A stretch of 64,000 nt of DNA from the NCBI GenBank assembly GCA_016188825.1, contig JACPHA010000011.1, positions 7,427 through 71,426 of the forward strand. The letters are read 5' to 3'. Source of the stretch: Candidatus Pacearchaeota archaeon. GTDB taxonomy: Archaea > Nanobdellota > Nanobdellia > Pacearchaeales > GW2011-AR1. Numbering within the stretch: position 1 is the stretch's first letter; every line of letters begins with the position of its first letter. The notes below the pieces were generated by a model. The model was not told the DNA's origin, did no database searches, and saw only the letters and a program-made list of their open reading frames with translations. Of this stretch, positions 17,850-27,052 are shown piece by piece. A program made the position numbers and the translations under genes.

Positions 17850-18362
17850 ATGATAAAGGCAAGGCTTTTTGGAGATAAAATTTCTTCGAATTCAGAGGAA
17901 GCGTTTACAATGTACGAGAAAACACGATGGGGAGAGAAGAAGGAAGGAATCATAGAATATACTGGAGTCGAGGCTCTTTTTTTAGTTTCAGAGAAAAAGA
18001 TGGAAATCTTTTTAGGAAAGAAGGAAATTAATTACGAGGGTTTGATGAAAAAATTGAAGAAGAATGATAAAAAAATTGAGACGAAGTTTATAGTTTTTTC
18101 TGACTTGAGAAGAAAGGGATACATAGTAAAAACTGCTTTGAAGTTTGGCGCAGAGTTTAGGATTTATGAGAAGGGAGTCAAGCCAGGAGAGGATCATGCA
18201 AAATGGATTTTGTATTGTGTCAAAGAGTCAGAGCATTTAAACTGGCATGATTTTGTTGCGAAAAACAGGGTTGCGCATTCGACGAAAAAGAATTTATTGC
18301 TGGGGATCGTTGATGAAGAGGGGGATGTTACTTATTATGAAGTTGGATGGGCGAGGCCTTGA
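17850..18362 (+). CDS. endA: tRNA-splicing endonuclease
   Basis: 170 aa. C-terminal catalytic domain RRKGYIVKTALKFGAEFRIYEKG...HAKWIL...VAHSTKKNLLLGIVD. Confidence 0.85.
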   Translation: MIKARLFGDKISSNSEEAFTMYEKTRWGEKKEGIIEYTGVEALFLVSEKKMEIFLGKKEINYEGLMKKLKKNDKKIETKFIVFSDLRRKGYIVKTALKFGAEFRIYEKGVKPGEDHAKWILYCVKESEHLNWHDFVAKNRVAHSTKKNLLLGIVDEEGDVTYYEVGWARP

Positions 18363-18814
18363 AACATAAAAAAGAATTTTTAAAGGCATATTCCTTTTGT
18401 TTAGTGATGAAAGAGGTGTACTGGGTTGGGGAGGCATGGATTAGTTATAATGGTAAAGAAAGAGAGATTGGAAGGCTTGAGATGCTTTATGAGATTGAAA
18501 GAGGTACAATTATAATTTTGCCTTTTTATAGATATAAAAAAGAGGTTTTTGAGAAAAATCATCCTTTAAGAGTTTGGGTAATGAAAGATGTTTTAGAGGC
18601 AATAAGAGAAGCTCCAACGATAGAAGTAAAAGAGAAAGATTTTAGAGATAGACCTTACAATGAGCTTAATAAATGGAAAGGGGGGATAAAGCGTTGTGTT
18701 TTAGCAGTTAAGTTGGACATGGCACAGGAAGAATTTGAGAGGTATTTGAATAGTGAAGATGATTTTGAGGAATTTGAAAGAAAACATCTTAGAGTTTACA
18801 GGGAAGCATCATAA
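18347..18814 (+). CDS. hypothetical protein (start uncertain; ATG 18407 is an alternative)
   Basis: 155-aa ORF overlapping the end of endA. No motif recognised. Confidence 0.4.
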   Translation: MGEALKHKKEFLKAYSFCLVMKEVYWVGEAWISYNGKEREIGRLEMLYEIERGTIIILPFYRYKKEVFEKNHPLRVWVMKDVLEAIREAPTIEVKEKDFRDRPYNELNKWKGGIKRCVLAVKLDMAQEEFERYLNSEDDFEEFERKHLRVYREAS

Positions 18815-18845
18815 TGTTTATAACATTACTTTGTTTTTATGAATC

Positions 18846-19775
18846 ATGGTTGATTTAAACAAGGCAAATTATACAAAAGAGAGAATTTTGTCGATAATGA
18901 AATATCGTGGGCCTGTTTTACCGGTTCAGGTTTCTAAGGAGATAAGCATGCAACCTTTGTTTGCTTCTGCTTTTTTATCAGAACTTGTGGCAGAAGGGCA
19001 AGTGAAAATAAGCAATATGAGAGTCGGGGGATCGCCGCTGTATTATTTGCCAGGACAAGAATCAATGTTAGAGAATTTTATTGAGTATTTGAATCAGAGA
19101 GAGAAAGAGGCTTTTTTGCTGTTGAAGAATTCAAAATTTTTAGAGGATGAGGCGCAGACGCCAGTGATAAGGGTGGCATTGAGGGCGATAAAGGATTTTG
19201 CTTTTCCTGTCAGGGCAAGAGTGAATGGTGATACTAAACTGTTCTGGAAGTTTTTTGCTTTTTCTGATGAAGAAATTGTTAAGATGATTGATGACAGTCT
19301 GGCTAAGAAGAAAGAGCCGGAATTAAAAGAAGAGATTAAAAAGGGCAAAAAGAAACATGAAATTCAGAAGAGATTAAGAAAAGATGAGAATGGAGTTGAG
19401 GAAAGAATTGAAGGTGTTGAGATTGCCGAGCTAAAAAAAGAAAAGAAATCGAAATTATTGGAGAGCAAGTTTACAAAAGACATTAAGGATTATTTGATTG
19501 CGAGGGATATTGAGATTCTTGAGATTTTATCAGAGAGCAAGAAGGCGATTGAGGCAAGAGTTAGGGTTGATAGTTTATTTGGAAAGCAGGAATATTATTT
19601 AATCGCTAAGGACAAGAAGAGCATTACAGACGAGGAATTGTTTATTGCTTTGCAGAAGGCACATGCGAAAAAAATGCCCTCTTTGGTAATGGCTCCCGGA
19701 GAACTTAACAAGAAGGCGAAGGAGGAAATTAAAGAGTGGAATAATCTTGTTAAGTTTGAGAAATTGAAGCTTTAG
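18846..19775 (+). CDS. winged-helix-like protein with a Lys/Glu-rich linker
   Basis: 309 aa. The N-terminal ~70 aa look like a wHTH (ILSIMKYRGPVLPVQVSKEISMQP...LVAEGQVKI). The linker is charged. Confidence 0.45.
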   Translation: MVDLNKANYTKERILSIMKYRGPVLPVQVSKEISMQPLFASAFLSELVAEGQVKISNMRVGGSPLYYLPGQESMLENFIEYLNQREKEAFLLLKNSKFLEDEAQTPVIRVALRAIKDFAFPVRARVNGDTKLFWKFFAFSDEEIVKMIDDSLAKKKEPELKEEIKKGKKKHEIQKRLRKDENGVEERIEGVEIAELKKEKKSKLLESKFTKDIKDYLIARDIEILEILSESKKAIEARVRVDSLFGKQEYYLIAKDKKSITDEELFIALQKAHAKKMPSLVMAPGELNKKAKEEIKEWNNLVKFEKLKL

Positions 19776-19840
19776 GTAAGAAGGATATAAGCTACGAATA
19801 TATAGTATGGGATGAACGAATTAGCCGCTTAATAATTTAT

Positions 19841-19964
19841 TCAAGGAACTTGACAGAAGTTCCTTGAACATGTCAAGAATTTCCAATTCTTGAGCACACC
19901 CAAGAATTTAATTGTCGGAATTCTTGGTGTCCAAAAGTCCAAACACACACAAGGACTTTTTGAT
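19841..19964 (+). repeat. multi-hairpin intergenic repeat, family A copy A1
   Basis: Four hairpins: CAAGGAACTT/AAGTTCCTTG, CAAGAATT/AATTCTTG, CCAAGAATT/GAATTCTTGG, AAAAGTCC/GGACTTTT. Ends in TTTTTGAT. Confidence 0.8.
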
Positions 19965-20055
19965 TGTTAATATTTTGTGGAGTTGCTATAAATTCCTATG
20001 GACTAATTTTTCTAATTGCAGAAAACTTTAAATAAGTAAGTTTTGATTGATAAAA

Positions 20056-20268
20056 ATGGGGAGAGTAAAATCATTGATGATAAAGCGAGTTGCCAATGAG
20101 CTGATGGACGAGACGGTAGAATTTAGTGATAGCTTTGAAACTAACAAAAAGCTTTTAAAGAATGCTTTTCAATATAAATCAACTAGGAACAAGATTGCGG
20201 GCTACATGGCGCGACTTGTCAAAAAGCAAAAACTCAAGCAAGATACACCAAGAACCATGACTGAATAA
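20056..20268 (+). CDS. rps17e: 30S ribosomal protein S17e
   Basis: MGRVKSLMIKRVANELM...FSDSFETNKK matches the eS17 N-terminus. The ATG at 20056 lies inside the longer tracked ORF. Confidence 0.85.
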   Translation: MGRVKSLMIKRVANELMDETVEFSDSFETNKKLLKNAFQYKSTRNKIAGYMARLVKKQKLKQDTPRTMTE

Positions 20269-20269
20269 T

Positions 20270-20590
20270 ATGGAACAAAAAGCAAACGAAAATTTACAAA
20301 AAGAGAACAGGAGCGGGAATGACAATATTGTTTTCATTGGAAACAAGCCGTTGGTTAATTATATAAGAGGGGTTATCATGCAGTTCTTGAAGAAAGAGGC
20401 TTCCGAAGTTGTTATAAGGTCAAGGGGAAAATTTATTTCGAAGGCAGTTGATGTTGCAGAGGTTTCTAGAAGGTCTTTAGACGACAAGAAACCAGTGAAG
20501 ATAAAGGCAATAAACATCGGCAGCGAAAGTTTTGAGGCAGAAGGAAAGAGGACAAATATTTCAACAATGGACATTGTTTTGGGGAGTTGA
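20270..20590 (+). CDS. albA: DNA/RNA-binding protein Alba
   Basis: 106 aa. NIVFIGNKP...YIRGVIMQF...VVIRSRGKFISKAVDVAEV...INIGSE pattern. Confidence 0.85.
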   Translation: MEQKANENLQKENRSGNDNIVFIGNKPLVNYIRGVIMQFLKKEASEVVIRSRGKFISKAVDVAEVSRRSLDDKKPVKIKAINIGSESFEAEGKRTNISTMDIVLGS

Positions 20591-20716
20591 ATCATAACCC
20601 CTAGCTTATCCGAGACAATTGCTCAATTCTTTTTTTCATAATAGGGTTTTGAGAGATGATAACTTTATAGCATATGGAGGCGTAAGATTTATGAGTTTGC
20701 TTTGTATTCTGGAATT

Positions 20717-21010
20717 ATGAAGCAGATTATTTATTATCTTATCGCCGGAACAAAAGGAGGCGAAACAAGAGCGAAAGTTATTGATGCAATAAAGAAAAAA
20801 CCGCAAAATGCTTATCGGCTGGCTAAAAAATTAAAGTATGATTACAAGACAGTGCAGCATCATCTTGATATTTTAATTGACAATGGCATATTGGAAAAAA
20901 AGGGAGCTTACGGGGGAGTCTATTTTATTTCTCATTTAATGGAAGAGAATATGGCTATTTTCAATGAAATTTGGAAGAAACTTGGGAAGAATTCTGGAAA
21001 ATCTATTTAA
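20717..21010 (+). CDS. ArsR-like winged-helix transcriptional regulator
   Basis: RAKVIDAIKKKPQNAYRLAKKLKYDYKTVQHHLDILIDNGILEKK is a typical ArsR/wHTH recognition region. Confidence 0.7.
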   Translation: MKQIIYYLIAGTKGGETRAKVIDAIKKKPQNAYRLAKKLKYDYKTVQHHLDILIDNGILEKKGAYGGVYFISHLMEENMAIFNEIWKKLGKNSGKSI

Positions 21011-21060
21011 TATGATTTTTATTTTTAATAGCATCAAACTGAAAGGAGGTAAAAATAAAT

Positions 21061-21357
21061 ATGAGGTCTTCAATCATCGGTTTTTTTGTGATTGCCTTGA
21101 CTGTCTTTAGCATGCTGATTGTTAGTGCAGACCCAGTAGAAAAAACAGAAGGATTTGTATGCCCTGTTTTTAATTCCAATTCTGCTGTTGGTGAGCACAA
21201 TCCAAATGCTGTTCAGATTGGGCAAGGAGATTATAGTGTTATCGGCCCCGATGTCAGTGTTCCAGTTCATGCAACCAATGGAGACGGAGCAGGAACGCCA
21301 GGAGGCGAGCATTCTTCTCCTGGAGACAGCGACTATAGTGCGGCCTGGAGCGGCTAA
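21061..21357 (+). CDS. small secreted protein
   Basis: 98 aa with a signal-peptide-like N-terminus (IIGFFVIALTVFSMLIVSADP). Strong GGAGGT Shine-Dalgarno 8 nt upstream. Higher GC than the surroundings. Confidence 0.55.
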   Translation: MRSSIIGFFVIALTVFSMLIVSADPVEKTEGFVCPVFNSNSAVGEHNPNAVQIGQGDYSVIGPDVSVPVHATNGDGAGTPGGEHSSPGDSDYSAAWSG

Positions 21358-21368
21358 TAAGAAAAAAA

Positions 21369-21396
21369 TTTTTTTTATTTTTCTTTTTCGTTTTTT
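21369..21396 (+). terminator. oligo-T tract, putative archaeal intrinsic terminator
   Basis: TTTTTTTTATTTTTCTTTTTCGTTTTTT lies directly after the stop of 21061-21357. Confidence 0.4.
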
Positions 21397-21436
21397 CAAA
21401 AAATATAAATAGGCAGACAAATGCTTAGAATAGAAA

Positions 21437-21721
21437 ATGGCAGTAATGATGACGATATCGATAATAATCTCGTTGATTAACATAATCTTGATTCTATTGC
21501 TCCTTTATGTTTATGGAAAAAATTTTGTGAGAATGAGGTCAGGATTTACAGCAGGGCTTTTTATTTTTGGACTCTTGTTTTTGATTCATAATATTTTGTA
21601 TTTGTATTTTATTATTTCAATGATGTCATATTATTCCGAAAATGCCCAGATTTTTGGGTTTGTTTTTAATTTATTGCAGGCTTTCGCGTTTTTTGTTTTG
21701 AATATAATTACTTGGAAGTAA
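21437..21721 (+). CDS. small integral membrane protein (3 TM segments)
   Basis: 94 aa, almost entirely hydrophobic segments. Confidence 0.5.
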   Translation: MAVMMTISIIISLINIILILLLLYVYGKNFVRMRSGFTAGLFIFGLLFLIHNILYLYFIISMMSYYSENAQIFGFVFNLLQAFAFFVLNIITWK

Positions 21722-21737
21722 ACTCTGATTTATTCTA

Positions 21738-21986
21738 TTAATTTTTCTTTTTTTCAACTGTTTTTAAAATTCTGTCAATTTTTTCTTCTATTCTGACAAC
21801 GTCGTTTTTGAGGGTATAGACCATTTTTAGCCTTTTGTGGTTTATTATCCAATTTATTATATGCAGAATAAGCCAGATTATTATTATGATTCCTATTGCC
21901 TGTAGCCAGAGGCCTATTTTTCCAACTAAGGCTAAGAGATCTGTGCCGGCAACAAAAGGCCCTGGGACAACTTCTTCGATAGCCAT
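21738..21986 (-). CDS. small membrane protein
   Basis: 82 aa with one or two TM segments (LWLQAIGIIIIIWLILHIINWII) and a charged C-terminus. Confidence 0.45.
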   Translation of the reverse strand: MAIEEVVPGPFVAGTDLLALVGKIGLWLQAIGIIIIIWLILHIINWIINHKRLKMVYTLKNDVVRIEEKIDRILKTVEKKKN

Positions 21987-22053
21987 TTTCTCTTTGTTTG
22001 TAATAAACAGAATAACAGCATACTTAAAAACCCTTTTAATTTTTCTTCTTTGA

Positions 22054-22127
22054 GGCTCTGTAGCTCAGATGGTTAGAGCGCCGCTCTCATGAGGCGGAGG
22101 TCGGGAGTTCAATTCTCCCCGGAGCCA
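22054..22127 (+). tRNA. tRNA-Met (anticodon CAT; could instead be the CAT-type tRNA-Ile2)
   Basis: Acceptor GGCTCTG/CGGAGCC, D-arm GCTCAGATGGTTAGAGC, anticodon loop CTCATGA, T-arm GGGAG-TTCAATT-CTCCC. Confidence 0.85.
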
Positions 22128-22365
22128 TTTTTATTCTATGCATAAAATGGCATCAATTATTTTAAATTTGATATTACCTCTTAATTCGTGAGTATTTGCC
22201 CATCTTGCATAAGCATACCAACCCTGATAACGGCCTCCCGGCTTTCTTTATGTCTTAAACTAATGAATAACGCCTCTTTGCTTTGGCAAAGGGATGAATT
22301 GCACAATGAATTAATTTCAAATATAGAAATGATACCTTTTTAAAGCGAATATTTTTTGTTTTTTC

Positions 22366-23577
22366 ATGCAAGAAAGAATAGAAGAGAAATCCTTTCCAAA
22401 TAATTTAGAAGATAGATTGGCAATTATAGCGAACGCCCTAAACACAGAGTTTAAGTCAGCTATTTTATTGCATTTGGATGATACTCCAAGAGAAGCTCCT
22501 GAAATCAGAGTAAAAGTCAGAGAAACTATTGGAAGAGGATATTTGCCATCCAAATCAACCTTCGGAACTTACGGAGATACTTTGCATGAAATTGCTTTAG
22601 TTGCAAAGAAAACAATAACAAGAGACACTGGAGAAGTAGAGTATATCGGCTACAGTTTAACAGAGGCAGGAAAAACATATGGCCTGCCGTGCGCTGTTTT
22701 AAGTCTAAGATATGCTGTTGATAATAATATTAGCATGTTTCAAATTTTAGGTTCTACCGCATCTCCAGGAGAGAGCAGAGCCCCCTATAATAGAATCAGA
22801 ATTTTGAGAGAGTTAAGAAATTCTGAAGAATTAAGAGAAATAGATTTAAAAGAAGCTTTAGATTTATACGGATACACGGTAAGAAATCATTTAGATGGTT
22901 TAGTAAAAATTGGATTTGTTGAATTTGATTCAGTCGGAGCAAAAACAAAAGGAAAATATAAATTTCAATGGATAAAAAGTAAACCTCTTGATAAAGTAGA
23001 AGCTGTTAGACATCATACTACTTTAACAAGAAGAGTTGCAGAGTGTTTAGCTAATAATGATAAGGCTTTTGATTATAATGAATTAAGCAAGGTTTTGAGA
23101 TGTGGCAATGTGCAAAATATTTCTACTGTTCTTTGTGGTTTGGAAAGACAAGGTCGCGTGATAAGAATTTTTCCATGGAAAGCAGGAGAGTTAATGTCAA
23201 AAGTAAGAATTTTGGACAATGGAAGAAAATTTCATGATGAATTGTATTTGCCCTTAACAGGGCTTTTATCTGATAGTTCATTAGAAGTTTCTAGACAGGA
23301 GCAAGAAACTTTTAGAGAATCTCAAGAGTATGCAAATTATATCAGAAGAGGAATTGAATTATACAGAAGAGTTTCTCCCAACATCAATAAAAAATCTCCT
23401 GAAGAAAGAATAGAAGAAATTAAGGCTTTGTTAAGAAATAAACCTGGAATGACATCAAGAAAAATTGCTGATATTTTAGGAATTTCCTGGATGAGGATTA
23501 CTAAATATCTTAGTCAATTAAGCAAAGAAATAAGAATAGAAGAAGAAGGTAATGAAGTTAGATATTTTTCAGGGTGA
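22366..23577 (+). CDS. hypothetical protein with several winged-helix-like repeats
   Basis: 403 aa with at least three wHTH-like stretches, for example PGMTSRKIADILGISWMRITKYLSQL and YNELSKVLRCGNVQNISTVLCGLERQGRV. Confidence 0.45.
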   Translation: MQERIEEKSFPNNLEDRLAIIANALNTEFKSAILLHLDDTPREAPEIRVKVRETIGRGYLPSKSTFGTYGDTLHEIALVAKKTITRDTGEVEYIGYSLTEAGKTYGLPCAVLSLRYAVDNNISMFQILGSTASPGESRAPYNRIRILRELRNSEELREIDLKEALDLYGYTVRNHLDGLVKIGFVEFDSVGAKTKGKYKFQWIKSKPLDKVEAVRHHTTLTRRVAECLANNDKAFDYNELSKVLRCGNVQNISTVLCGLERQGRVIRIFPWKAGELMSKVRILDNGRKFHDELYLPLTGLLSDSSLEVSRQEQETFRESQEYANYIRRGIELYRRVSPNINKKSPEERIEEIKALLRNKPGMTSRKIADILGISWMRITKYLSQLSKEIRIEEEGNEVRYFSG

Positions 23578-23594
23578 GCTGTTAGGATTTTGTA

Positions 23595-23948
23595 TCATTC
23601 AATTACTTTAATGCCATCGCCTTCTTTTCTTGGAACTATGTGCAGATGGGCATGCTTTACAACCTGCCCTGCGGGCTCAAGGTTATTCATTAAAATGTTA
23701 AAGCCGTCGCCGAATTTTTTTTCCAGCAAGAAAGAGGAAACTTCCTTTGTGAACTGTAAAAGTTCTTCTCCAAGCTTGTTTGGCAAATCCAATAAAGTGA
23801 CAAAATGTTTTTTTGGAATGATTAATGTATGCCCTTGGGTTTTTGGATGCGCATCATAGACTGCAAAAAAGTTATTTGATTCTTTTATTCTTTCTGTGCT
23901 TATTTCTCCCCTGGATATTTTGCAGAATATGCAATCTTGTTTTTGCAT
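23595..23948 (-). CDS. HIT-family (histidine triad) nucleotide hydrolase/transferase
   Basis: 117 aa. CIFCKI N-terminus and HAHLHIVPR histidine triad. Confidence 0.9.
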   Translation of the reverse strand: MQKQDCIFCKISRGEISTERIKESNNFFAVYDAHPKTQGHTLIIPKKHFVTLLDLPNKLGEELLQFTKEVSSFLLEKKFGDGFNILMNNLEPAGQVVKHAHLHIVPRKEGDGIKVIE

Positions 23949-24086
23949 TTTTTTATGAAGAACGGGGGATATTTAAAGGTTTTTTAGTGAATGGCTTTGT
24001 TAAATAAGCAGTTTTTATAAAAAAGTTATTTTAGTTAATTATTTAAGAATACAAATTTTATTTTCTATGATGAAAAAATTAGATTT

Positions 24087-24251
24087 ATGGGAAATGTAGC
24101 GTATATTCTATGGATTTTATATAATGGAATTGATGAAGGATTTAAAGACATTGGAATTGTGCAAATAGTCTCGCTTATTGGATTGTTAATCTTGTTAGCT
24201 TTAAACATATTCCTTCTTTGTAATTCTGTTAAAAAAGTAAAAAGGAATTAG
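24087..24251 (+). CDS. possible small membrane protein
   Basis: 54-aa ORF (MGNVAYILWILYNG...LIGLLILLALNIFLL), below the ORF-track cutoff. Family A copy A2 starts 34 nt after its stop. Confidence 0.25.
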   Translation: MGNVAYILWILYNGIDEGFKDIGIVQIVSLIGLLILLALNIFLLCNSVKKVKRN

Positions 24252-24284
24252 GACTTATTTAATAAAGCCTTAGTGAATTTTTGT

Positions 24285-24347
24285 TATGTCAAGAATTTCC
24301 AATTCTTGAGCGTGCAAAAGTCCAAATACACACAAGGACTTTTTGAT
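24285..24347 (+). repeat. multi-hairpin intergenic repeat, family A copy A2 (short form)
   Basis: TATGTCAAGAATTTCCAATTCTTGAGC...AAAAGTCCAAATACACACAAGGACTTTTTGAT. Lacks the middle hairpin. Confidence 0.8.
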
Positions 24348-24378
24348 TAATAGTCTTTAGAAAAAAATTAGAAAAAAA

Positions 24379-25200
24379 TCAGTTGACATGAAGTTCCTTG
24401 AAAATTCCGGTGTAGAAACTTTCTCTTAGAATATCGCGGTTAACTTCTTCTTTTCTGAAGCTGAGAGAAAAGAATTTTCTCCAGAAAGAACTTTGCTCTT
24501 TGCTTAATGTTAGTGCTGCTCCGAGCCTGTTGATTTCTTTTGCGAAAGAAGAGTTGTTTTTGTAAATTGAAATTGGGATGCGTGTGAATACGGATTTCGT
24601 TGCATACTTGTCATCTGGAATCATGGCCATAACAGGGATGTTTAGAGATTCTTCCATTTCATCTAGAGTTAATTCGTATTTTGGATCTCTGATTTTGTTT
24701 ATTATGATTCCTGCAATCGGCCTGCCTCTTTGTTTTGCCAATTTTGCTGCTTTTAGTGTGCAACTTAATGTGGGATAATCAGGAGTTGAAACGACAAATA
24801 AGGCATCAGACGCGAGCATTGTTGAAAGCATTTCTTCGTTTAGGCTTGGCGAGGAATCAAGAATGATGAAATCATAGTTATTTTTTATTTTTCCAATTGC
24901 TTCTTTTAGTTTTCCATAGTTTAATTTTTTATTATATACGTAATCTCCGGGAATTACGTCAACACTAAATTTTTTATGTATCGCGTTTTGAATTTTTATT
25001 TTGTTATCTAGAACATGATGGATAGTTTTATCTGGGCTTATTATGTCCATGTGCAATCCAAGGTTCGGAGCGGAGTAATTTGTGTCAACTAGGAGAACTT
25101 TTTTGCTGTAGTTGTTTGCCAAATCAGAGGCAAGCGAAGCAGAAATTGTAGTTTTGCCCACACCCCCCTTTATGGCAACAATGCCGATTGTTTTAGCCAT
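24379..25200 (-). CDS. MinD/ParA/Mrp-family P-loop ATPase
   Basis: MAKTIGIVAIKGGVGKTTI deviant Walker A and DSSPS Walker B region. The ATG at 25200 is preferred over the longer tracked ORF. Confidence 0.8.
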   Translation of the reverse strand: MAKTIGIVAIKGGVGKTTISASLASDLANNYSKKVLLVDTNYSAPNLGLHMDIISPDKTIHHVLDNKIKIQNAIHKKFSVDVIPGDYVYNKKLNYGKLKEAIGKIKNNYDFIILDSSPSLNEEMLSTMLASDALFVVSTPDYPTLSCTLKAAKLAKQRGRPIAGIIINKIRDPKYELTLDEMEESLNIPVMAMIPDDKYATKSVFTRIPISIYKNNSSFAKEINRLGAALTLSKEQSSFWRKFFSLSFRKEEVNRDILRESFYTGIFKELHVN

Positions 25201-25392
25201 CTCAATTATAGAAAACTGGTATTTAAAAGACTTTCGAAATTTGATTTTGAAAATCAAGTATTAGTATTTGCAATAAAATAGTGTTTTTATTAATTTTTAT
25301 CTTGCTAAATTAATTGTTAACGATAAATTAAATATTTATTAAGGCTAATTAGGTTAATAATGTGATGAAAAATAGACAAAACACCAATTACT

Positions 25393-26019
25393 TCATAATT
25401 TTCCTTCTGCAACAATTAAAGCATGAAATTCATTGAATAATTTGTAATTTAGAGGAAGATTGATATGAAAGAAATTCTGCCATGAATCATAATCTGGAAA
25501 ATTAATTTTTAGAAGAGAAGAAAAAAGGCGTTTTGTGTATGTATCAACGATAAAAATTGGTTTTTTGCAGGCATAAAGCAGGATTGAGTCTGCTGTTTCT
25601 TTTCCAATTCCCCAGACACTTAATAGTTTTTCTCTTAATTTATTATAGTCTTTTTCTTTTTGTAAATAATTTTTGTTTTGCAAATAGAAATTTGAAAATT
25701 CTTTTAGCTTTCTTGCTTTTTGGTTATGATAACCTGAGCTTATAATTAATTTAGATAATTTATGATGGGAGATATCTAATAGAGATTTTGGAGTGACGAG
25801 ATTTTTTTTGGACAATAGATAAATGGCTTTTTCGGCATTTTTCCAAGAAGTGTTTTGCGTTAGAATCGCCCCGATCATGATTTCAAAAGACTGCTTTTCA
25901 TTTTTTGGAAAATCATAATTTTTAGGATGATATTTGCCTTTAATCGGCCACCATCCTTGATAAGAATATTTTTTTAATAATTCGTCGTAAATTTTAATTA
26001 GAGATTTTTGTTTTTGCAT
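25393..26019 (-). CDS. HhH-GPD superfamily DNA glycosylase (endonuclease III-related)
   Basis: 208 aa. GAILTQNTSWKNAEKA and WGIGKETADSILLYA (HhH-GPD). No C-terminal Fe-S Cys cluster. Confidence 0.75.
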   Translation of the reverse strand: MQKQKSLIKIYDELLKKYSYQGWWPIKGKYHPKNYDFPKNEKQSFEIMIGAILTQNTSWKNAEKAIYLLSKKNLVTPKSLLDISHHKLSKLIISSGYHNQKARKLKEFSNFYLQNKNYLQKEKDYNKLREKLLSVWGIGKETADSILLYACKKPIFIVDTYTKRLFSSLLKINFPDYDSWQNFFHINLPLNYKLFNEFHALIVAEGKL

Positions 26020-26031
26020 TGTTGGTTATTT

Positions 26032-26442
26032 TTAGTGAAACTTTTTTCTAAAAGCAATATATACTCTTCCTTTTTTATATCCTAAATTCTTAAATAATCC
26101 AACCTGATTTTTGTTATCATATAGATCAATTGTTTTTAGTTTCTTACTTTTAACAAAATTCTCAAATTCTTTTACGAGAGAACGACCTATACCCCTACTT
26201 CTAAATTTATTTTTTACTGCAATTCCTAATAAATCAGCCCATTTTTCTTTGACATTATAAGTACCAAAACAAACACCGATAATTTTTTTATTTTCTTCTG
26301 CTACTAATAAAATCCCTTTTTTGATAATTCTTTTATAATATTGTAATGAAAACGTTTCTTTTGTTGTGTCTATTTCTTCAAAAGAATCAACGAATTTCTT
26401 AATTTGAAGAACTTCTGATTTTTTAGCCAAGCGTATTGTCAT
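26032..26442 (-). CDS. GNAT-family N-acetyltransferase
   Basis: 136 aa. The acetyl-CoA motif A region is VKNKFRSRGIGRSLV. Confidence 0.8.
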   Translation of the reverse strand: MTIRLAKKSEVLQIKKFVDSFEEIDTTKETFSLQYYKRIIKKGILLVAEENKKIIGVCFGTYNVKEKWADLLGIAVKNKFRSRGIGRSLVKEFENFVKSKKLKTIDLYDNKNQVGLFKNLGYKKGRVYIAFRKKFH

Positions 26443-26532
26443 AATTTAAATTAATGATTTAATCTTATAAATTTTTGTAATCTTAAGATTAATCACAATA
26501 AAGCTTATAACTTAAACATTAAGGATATTTTT

Positions 26533-26808
26533 ATGTTGGTAAAGATACTTGGGGGAATTGATTTTGCAGCAGCAATTGCTTTCTTAATGCTGATTTTCGG
26601 GTTGGAGGTTTTTACTCCGTTTCTTTTATTTTGTGCAGGATTATTATTATTGAAAGGAATGTTTATTTTTACCGGAGATGTTTTGAGTTTTGTTGACGTT
26701 TTTTCAAGTTCAATGCTTTTTCTGTCCTTGCTTTTTAGCCTTCCTGTAATTTTGCTTTGGATTCCTGCATTTTTTCTTTTATCGAAAGGAATTGTGAGTT
26801 TTATTTGA
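26533..26808 (+). CDS. small integral membrane protein
   Basis: 91 aa with 3 TM-like segments. Preferred over the overlapping 121-aa minus-strand ORF, which is Lys/Asn-rich with no motif. Confidence 0.45.
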   Translation: MLVKILGGIDFAAAIAFLMLIFGLEVFTPFLLFCAGLLLLKGMFIFTGDVLSFVDVFSSSMLFLSLLFSLPVILLWIPAFFLLSKGIVSFI

Positions 26809-26835
26809 TTGTTTTTCATTGCACTCAACAGCAAA

Positions 26836-26906
26836 TGGACCTGCCGAGAATTGAACTCGGATCTCGACAATGCGAATGTCGCATTCTACCGTTATACTAC
26901 AGGCCC
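26836..26906 (-). tRNA. tRNA-Ala (anticodon CGC)
   Basis: The reverse complement gives GGGCCTG...CAGGTCC-A with a G3:U70 pair, anticodon stem CGACA/TGTCG with loop TTCGCAT, and T-arm CCGAG-TTCAATT-CTCGG. Confidence 0.8.
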
Positions 26907-26921
26907 CCGCATTTTTGACAA

Positions 26922-26993
26922 TGGACCTGTCGGGAATTGAACCCGAATCACACGAATGCCATTCGTGCATAATAACCATTATACTACAGGCCC
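26922..26993 (-). tRNA. tRNA-Ala (anticodon GGC)
   Basis: Same acceptor with G3:U70, anticodon stem CACGA/TCGTG with loop ATGGCAT, T-arm TCGGG-TTCAATT-CCCGA. Tandem with the previous tRNA. Confidence 0.8.
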
Positions 26994-27052
26994 CTTTAAT
27001 TAGGGGATAAATTGGTTATAAAAACTTTCTTAGGAGAAAAAACCAGGGAGAT

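Noticed and set aside
21070-21483. 137-aa minus-strand and 85-aa + strand ORFs overlapping the secreted-protein gene
   Set aside because: The 21061-21357 frame has a Shine-Dalgarno sequence, a signal peptide and a terminator. The alternatives lack any such features.
26505-26870. 121-aa minus-strand ORF overlapping 26533-26808
   Set aside because: It is Lys/Asn/Ser-rich with no motif. The + strand alternative encodes a coherent 3-TM membrane protein, although neither reading is strongly supported.
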